A stretch of 29,940 bases of DNA from a virus (taxonomy: Duplodnaviria; Caudoviricetes). The notes below the pieces were generated by a model. The model had not been told where the DNA came from, searched no databases, and saw only the letters and a program-made list of their open reading frames with translations. Positions 26,060 through 29,940 of this stretch are shown in pieces. How positions within the stretch are numbered: the stretch's first letter is position 1; every line of letters begins with the position of its first letter. Position numbers and translations under genes: made by a program. Location: the IMG/VR virus record IMGVR_UViG_3300047288_000126, positions 1 to 29,940 of that record; one strand, given 5' to 3'.

Positions 26060-26066
26060 ATTAAAC

Positions 26067-26095
26067 AAAAAAAAGGCATACATAAATGTACACCT
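26067..26095 (-). terminator. Rho-independent terminator
   Basis: AGGTGTACA...TGTATGCCT stem with G-U pairs plus a long U-tract. Confidence 0.75.
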
Positions 26096-26200
26096 AATTT
26101 TAATGATAAGAACTCATTTGTGTTGTAGTATATCAATTTAATACTCTTAATATTTATTCCTTTCTCAAGGGAACAACACATTAACCAAATTTAACCTAAC

Positions 26201-26407
26201 TTAACTTTCTATTTCTTGTATTGCTAAATCTAATATATCATTCATTTGTTTTGAAGATAGTATTTCATAAACATCAATACCTTGTATTAATATTTCTTCA
26301 TCTTCAATACAGCTTCCTGTATAATCATAATCAGAACCTTTTATATAGAATCCTTTTACTTCAAATTCTATATCACAATAATCTACAAATACTTTTATTT
26401 TTTCCAT
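26201..26407 (-). CDS. Small acidic hypothetical protein with its own promoter
   Basis: 68 aa, Asp/Glu-rich. Confidence 0.7.
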   Translation of the reverse strand: MEKIKVFVDYCDIEFEVKGFYIKGSDYDYTGSCIEDEEILIQGIDVYEILSSKQMNDILDLAIQEIES

Positions 26408-26430
26408 TTTACTTTGTTTTAAATTATATG

Positions 26431-26481
26431 CAAATATAACAAATATGTATTAAATATGTTACAATTAACAAATATTTAACT
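26431..26481 (-). promoter_or_regulatory. Bacteroidota-type promoter TATATTTG with TTAACA-N5-TTAACT repeat
   Basis: -7 element at 26431-26438; repeats at 26465-26470 and 26476-26481. Confidence 0.7.
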
Positions 26482-26625
26482 TTTCAAATATTCAGAAGCT
26501 ACATTATACATCTGTTGCATCTTTTTAATTTCACCTATATTACGCGGTAAATTAATTGCTACTTCTATACCTTTAACGTGATGTATGTAACATTGTATCG
26601 TTGCTATTATTTGTCCGTAAGTCAT
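26476..26625 (-). CDS. Small hypothetical protein (49 aa, not in ORF track)
   Basis: MTYGQIIATIQCYIHHVKGIEVAINLPRNIGEIKKMQQMYNVASEYLKS. Confidence 0.6.
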   Translation of the reverse strand: MTYGQIIATIQCYIHHVKGIEVAINLPRNIGEIKKMQQMYNVASEYLKS

Positions 26626-26629
26626 AGTT

Positions 26630-26656
26630 AAAAAAAGTCAAGATTCCGACTGCATT
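26630..26656 (-). terminator. Possible terminator after TerL
   Basis: AGTCGG-AATC-TTGACT hairpin (two G-U pairs) plus U-tract. Confidence 0.5.
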
Positions 26657-26660
26657 TACT

Positions 26661-27869
26661 TTAATAAATAAAATAGTTTCCTTTGTTTGGGTTTTCTAGT
26701 TGATGACTAACAGCATAACGCAAAGCATCTAATAAATGGTTATGATTATCTATTGGTGTGCTTGACTTCTTTTCTAACCAACAATAATTATTTAATTCTT
26801 TAATTAAATTAATTGATTCAGGTGATATTATCAAATCATAATCTTGAAGCAAAGATATTCCATATGTTACAGAACCTTGACCTTTAATAGCAGGTACAAT
26901 ATTCAATCCTAATGTTTGAAGTTCTGAGATCAATCTTGGTTCAGCTGAATCGGCTACTATTAAACTATCTAAACAATGCTGTTTATTTAAAGCATAAATT
27001 TGCGATGTTGTTAATGCTTGTAAATAGAAACGTTCATTTATATAAATTCGTTTGTTAGAAGTATCTATATTACATTCTATTAAAGTTGTCGGGTCGTTAC
27101 TAAAACCAAAATCTTGACCAAATACAGATTTGCCTATTTGTTTATATTCGCCTATAGTCCAATTAGTAAATATAACTCCTTCTGCTTTATCTAACCAACC
27201 ACCTAATATTTGATGCTTGTACTTTTCAGGTCTGCGTTTCTTTATATTCTCAATCTGATTTATAAATGATTCAGATAGATTATTAATATTATCTAAATAA
27301 GTAGTGTGAATATAAGTTGTATCGCCTTTTATTAAATTGCTTCCTGCTTCTACACCTTTATCTTCAAAGAACTTCTTATAAATAAAGTGTTCTTTTGTTG
27401 CAGGATTCAATACTAAAAGAACTCTATTGTGAATTCCTTTTGTTCTGATACTGAAATCTATCTTTTCAAAAGTTTCTTCATCTGTTAATTCTTCTGCTTC
27501 ATCTAAAACCCACGTTGTTACTCCTGCTAAAGATTTTAAAGAAGCTGTTTGTGTTCCACTGCTTGTTTTAATACCTTTAAACAAGATCTTAGACCCTGTT
27601 TTTAGATTTATGATTTCATCTTTAGTTATATAAAAATCGTTGCTTAAATTAGCTGTATCGATCTTATCTATAAATTCAGGTATAATAGAAACGTTTGCAG
27701 ATGTTAAAGTATAACGTGTAAACAATATCACGTGTCCTACTTCATATGTTAATAGCAAAAGAAACGAGTTCAAAGAATAAGATTTTCCTGAACCACGCCC
27801 TCCTGTTATTACAAAGTATCTACTATCAGAACCAAGTAAATTATATTTCTGATTTATTGCTATTTCCAA
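26661..27869 (-). CDS. terL: Terminase large subunit (PBSX/SPP1-type)
   Basis: Walker A GGRGSGKS, Walker B WVLDEAEE, LNP, nuclease GQDFGF..DP, ADSAEP, NH.LDALRYA; TTG start. Confidence 0.95.
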   Translation of the reverse strand: MEIAINQKYNLLGSDSRYFVITGGRGSGKSYSLNSFLLLLTYEVGHVILFTRYTLTSANVSIIPEFIDKIDTANLSNDFYITKDEIINLKTGSKILFKGIKTSSGTQTASLKSLAGVTTWVLDEAEELTDEETFEKIDFSIRTKGIHNRVLLVLNPATKEHFIYKKFFEDKGVEAGSNLIKGDTTYIHTTYLDNINNLSESFINQIENIKKRRPEKYKHQILGGWLDKAEGVIFTNWTIGEYKQIGKSVFGQDFGFSNDPTTLIECNIDTSNKRIYINERFYLQALTTSQIYALNKQHCLDSLIVADSAEPRLISELQTLGLNIVPAIKGQGSVTYGISLLQDYDLIISPESINLIKELNNYCWLEKKSSTPIDNHNHLLDALRYAVSHQLENPNKGNYFIY

Positions 27870-28137
27870 CTTTGAAGATATCTTTTATATTAAAATCATT
27901 TATGTTGTGTGTAGCTTCTATTATTTCTTTTGGTTTACCAAATATATGTTCTGCAATAAATAATTGTCCTCTTTGTGATTGCATTAATGTATCCTTTACA
28001 AAAGCTATTTTAGTTTCTTCTTCTGTTTCTTTATTGTATAGTTCACCTAATGCTTTTAGGAATATATTATTTACTTTTTGTTCATCTACTTTCGTAGGTC
28101 TACCTTTTCCTAATTTATTACCCTTTTCAAATCCCAT
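27841..28137 (-). CDS. terS: Probable terminase small subunit
   Basis: F.KGN..GKGRP N-terminus; immediately upstream of and overlapping TerL. Confidence 0.7.
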   Translation of the reverse strand: MGFEKGNKLGKGRPTKVDEQKVNNIFLKALGELYNKETEEETKIAFVKDTLMQSQRGQLFIAEHIFGKPKEIIEATHNINDFNIKDIFKVGNSNKSEI

Positions 28138-28188
28138 AGTTAAAAGTTATGTTTAAACATATTAATAATAAATAAAATCTATACTTGT

Positions 28189-28413
28189 TTAAAGTTTTAA
28201 ATTAATTACTTTTAATTTTTCAACTAATTCTATAAATTCTTTATCATCTATTTTATTATTAGGTTTATTATCCCAATACATATCACAATTATCTTCATCT
28301 TCTTCTCTATTGAATCTACCATAAGATTGATACGTTGATGCAGGTGCTGTGTATCTATAACACGTTTCTTTTGAAGGGCAAAAATTATCTTCGCATTTAG
28401 TTATATCTGCCAT
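28189..28413 (-). CDS. Small Cys-rich hypothetical protein
   Basis: MADITKC....CP.KE.CYRY......QSY.......C..YW. Confidence 0.7.
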   Translation of the reverse strand: MADITKCEDNFCPSKETCYRYTAPASTYQSYGRFNREEDEDNCDMYWDNKPNNKIDDKEFIELVEKLKVINLKL

Positions 28414-28415
28414 AA

Positions 28416-28574
28416 TTATCTTTTATAAAGCTTTGCTAATTCTTTTGTTACTTCTTTCCAATGTTCTGTTTGTTGCATATCACCCATACAAACTCGCCTG
28501 TTATATTCTTTAGTGTATTTGTTAAATAACATTTCAGCACGTTCTTTAGCTGTTATTGGTTCTATTATATTCAT
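28416..28574 (-). CDS. Small hypothetical protein (52 aa, not in ORF track)
   Basis: MNIIEPITAKERAEMLFNKY...HWKEVTKELAKLYKR. Confidence 0.6.
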   Translation of the reverse strand: MNIIEPITAKERAEMLFNKYTKEYNRRVCMGDMQQTEHWKEVTKELAKLYKR

Positions 28575-28642
28575 AGTTTTTTATTTATGTTATTTAATTT
28601 ATAATATATTAAAATTAACCAAATTAATATTGCTATTGTCAT
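28571..28642 (-). CDS. 23-aa membrane peptide (not in ORF track)
   Basis: MTIAILIWLILIYYKLNNINKKL; ATGA overlaps at both ends. Confidence 0.5.
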   Translation of the reverse strand: MTIAILIWLILIYYKLNNINKKL

Positions 28643-28902
28643 AATTCTTTTTTATATATTTCTAATAGTTCTTTTGTGGTTGTATTTATATCTACTTCTC
28701 CAACAATTACTAAATCGTGCATTAAATCTTCTGCTTCTTTAGAATTGAACCAATCAAAAAATCCAATAGCAAATTCATCTGCTATTTGTTCACATTTACT
28801 TGTTTGATTATCTAAAACTTTTGTACTCCAAACAGGTAAAGAATATTCATCTTTATATAATCCAAGATGTTCAATATTTTCAAACTTTTCTTTTAGTGTC
28901 AT
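28639..28902 (-). CDS. Hypothetical protein
   Basis: 87 aa; ATGA-coupled. Confidence 0.7.
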   Translation of the reverse strand: MTLKEKFENIEHLGLYKDEYSLPVWSTKVLDNQTSKCEQIADEFAIGFFDWFNSKEAEDLMHDLVIVGEVDINTTTKELLEIYKKEL

Positions 28903-29414
28903 ATCTTAATATTGTTATTCATTTTATAAAATGCTTCTAATCTATCATTAATTAATGTATGTTGTATTGTTCCTTTTGTGTTGCTTAATAGGTTGTTTAA
29001 ATTATCTATTATTTGGTATTCGTATCTTGGTCTATCTATCTGTTCTTGTAATTCTTTTTTTAGTTTATCATTTTCAAATGTTAATTTATAAAGCTGTTGT
29101 TTTACTTTTTCAATTTCAGATAATTCTTCTTCATTGTCTATTGTAAAGTAACTTAATACAGTTGTTCTAAACTTTTTTAATTCAGGGTTATATTCTTCAT
29201 ACATTTTATAGTTCTTTAATGCGTGTATTACTGTAGCGTGGTTTAGTTCTAATGTATCACCTATTGCTTGAAGTGTTTTATTGGGTTTTAATTGTTTTAA
29301 TATATTACAATATAATGAACGTAATTCAATAACTTCTCTTTTACGTGTTCTAATATCTATATCAGTATTTGTTTCTTGCTTAATTATTTCTTTTAATCTT
29401 TGTGTAATTTCCAT
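28899..29414 (-). CDS. DnaA C-terminal (domain IV)-like HTH protein with coiled coil
   Basis: RKREVI..R......L.......TL..IG......HATVIHA matches the DnaA-C pattern. Confidence 0.75.
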   Translation of the reverse strand: MEITQRLKEIIKQETNTDIDIRTRKREVIELRSLYCNILKQLKPNKTLQAIGDTLELNHATVIHALKNYKMYEEYNPELKKFRTTVLSYFTIDNEEELSEIEKVKQQLYKLTFENDKLKKELQEQIDRPRYEYQIIDNLNNLLSNTKGTIQHTLINDRLEAFYKMNNNIKI

Positions 29415-29813
29415 TTAAAATAGTTTTTGTTGGTTAGTGTGATTTATTATTCTTTGTATTGCTTTGTCGTAGTATTCCTTATCTAATTCACAAGCTGTTA
29501 ATTCAAGTCCGTAATCGTGTGCTGCTATTGCTATTGAACCTGAACCTAAATGTGTATCTAATATTTTAGGTATATTACCTTTGCAATATTTACAAGTTTG
29601 AACATCACAATCTAATGAATTGCTTTCTACTTCACCACTACCACCACATTCTAAACAATAAATTTTACAATATTCAAACATAAATTTATAAACATAAATA
29701 GGTTTTTGTGTTGGATGAAAACGCTCTAAATCTGTACTTGACTTTTTCATTATTTTAGCAGGTTTATCAAAAGAAGTCCAAACTAACTCACAAGCTGATA
29801 AAGTTGGCATAGC
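29415..29813 (-). CDS. DNA methyltransferase, C-terminal part (continues from 318..1)
   Basis: HPTQKP, ILDTHLGSGS (SAM-binding motif I), CELDKEYY; contains a CxxCxGxG...CxxCxG insert. Confidence 0.92.
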   Translation of the reverse strand, partial: AMPTLSACELVWTSFDKPAKIMKKSSTDLERFHPTQKPIYVYKFMFEYCKIYCLECGGSGEVESNSLDCDVQTCKYCKGNIPKILDTHLGSGSIAIAAHDYGLELTACELDKEYYDKAIQRIINHTNQQKLF

Positions 29814-29940
29814 TTGATTTTTATCCCAACAAACAAAACCTCTTGTATTAGGTAAATGTTCAATAAAATAATTAGCACCAAAAACAACTTGGTTTTTACT
29901 AACTCTAAATAATTCTTTCCAATATTCTGAACTTGGTAAA
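29814..29940. repeat. Terminal overlap, duplicate of 1-127
   Basis: Exact 127-nt match to the start of the window. Confidence 0.97.

Noticed and set aside
26020-26181. 54-aa N-terminal extension of the chaperone-like ORF
   Set aside because: It runs through a terminator and a promoter motif; the ATG at 26019 fits much better. Track starts at 4877, 7944, 11376 and 18397 were shortened because they overlap upstream genes.
26096-26200. tRNA or hammerhead ribozyme
   Set aside because: No T-loop/D-loop consensus and no CUGANGA core on either strand.
5634-29146. Plus-strand ORFs in the track (e.g. 5634-5939, 8140-8391, 16872-17120, 20091-20594, 25619-25900, 27746-28156)
   Set aside because: All lie antisense to well-supported minus-strand genes, have shadow-like composition and show no recognisable motifs.
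29415-29810. Truncated or pseudogenised methyltransferase (131-aa track ORF)
   Set aside because: The missing N-terminal half with DPPY lies at 318..1 and joins in frame across the junction.
29814-29940. 127-bp terminal repeat as a biological direct terminal repeat
   Set aside because: 127 is a common assembler k-mer length and the repeat falls in the middle of a gene; best read as a circular-assembly overlap.
1-29940. Temperate lifestyle or stop-codon reassignment
   Set aside because: No integrase, repressor or partition genes were recognised. Long genes are intact under the standard code and apparent gaps are mostly filled by small ORFs.

Overview
The window looks like a complete, circularly assembled genome (about 29,813 bp; bases 1-127 repeat 29814-29940 exactly) of a very AT-rich tailed dsDNA phage. 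The host is probably a Bacteroidota/Flavobacteriia bacterium, judging from TAnnTTTG-type promoters and A-rich leaders without Shine-Dalgarno sequences. All credible genes are on the minus strand. No integrase, repressor, DNA polymerase, primase, tRNA or CRISPR array was recognised. Modules: (i) packaging and morphogenesis (TerS, TerL, a frameshifted chaperone-like gene, tail genes, tape measure, XkdF-type protease, scaffold, capsid, tail tube, portal, adaptor, fibre); (ii) lysis (two holin-like genes, GH24 endolysin, unimolecular-spanin-like lipoprotein); (iii) recombination, replication and regulation (GIY-YIG, NinG, ERF, SSB-like, AAA ATPase, ECF-like sigma factor, 5'-3' exonuclease, DnaA-C domain protein); (iv) a nucleotide-metabolism operon. 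The most interesting signal is that operon: a thymidylate synthase homologue carrying two substitutions associated with switching TS from dUMP to dCMP (His->Tyr after the catalytic Cys; specificity Asn->Asp), flanked by a DUF6378-like protein, a GIY-YIG/MazG fusion and a zinc-finger-containing DNA methyltransferase. This is a candidate 5-methyl-dCMP pathway in a small phage with no recognisable polymerase. Also seen: two promoter classes (host-type promoters with 11-bp-period TTAACA direct repeats; a separate motif before structural genes), a probable -1 frameshift with a 62-codon dual-coding stretch, and a candidate pseudoknot before the SSB-like gene. All functional calls come from reading motifs by eye; no database searches were run.
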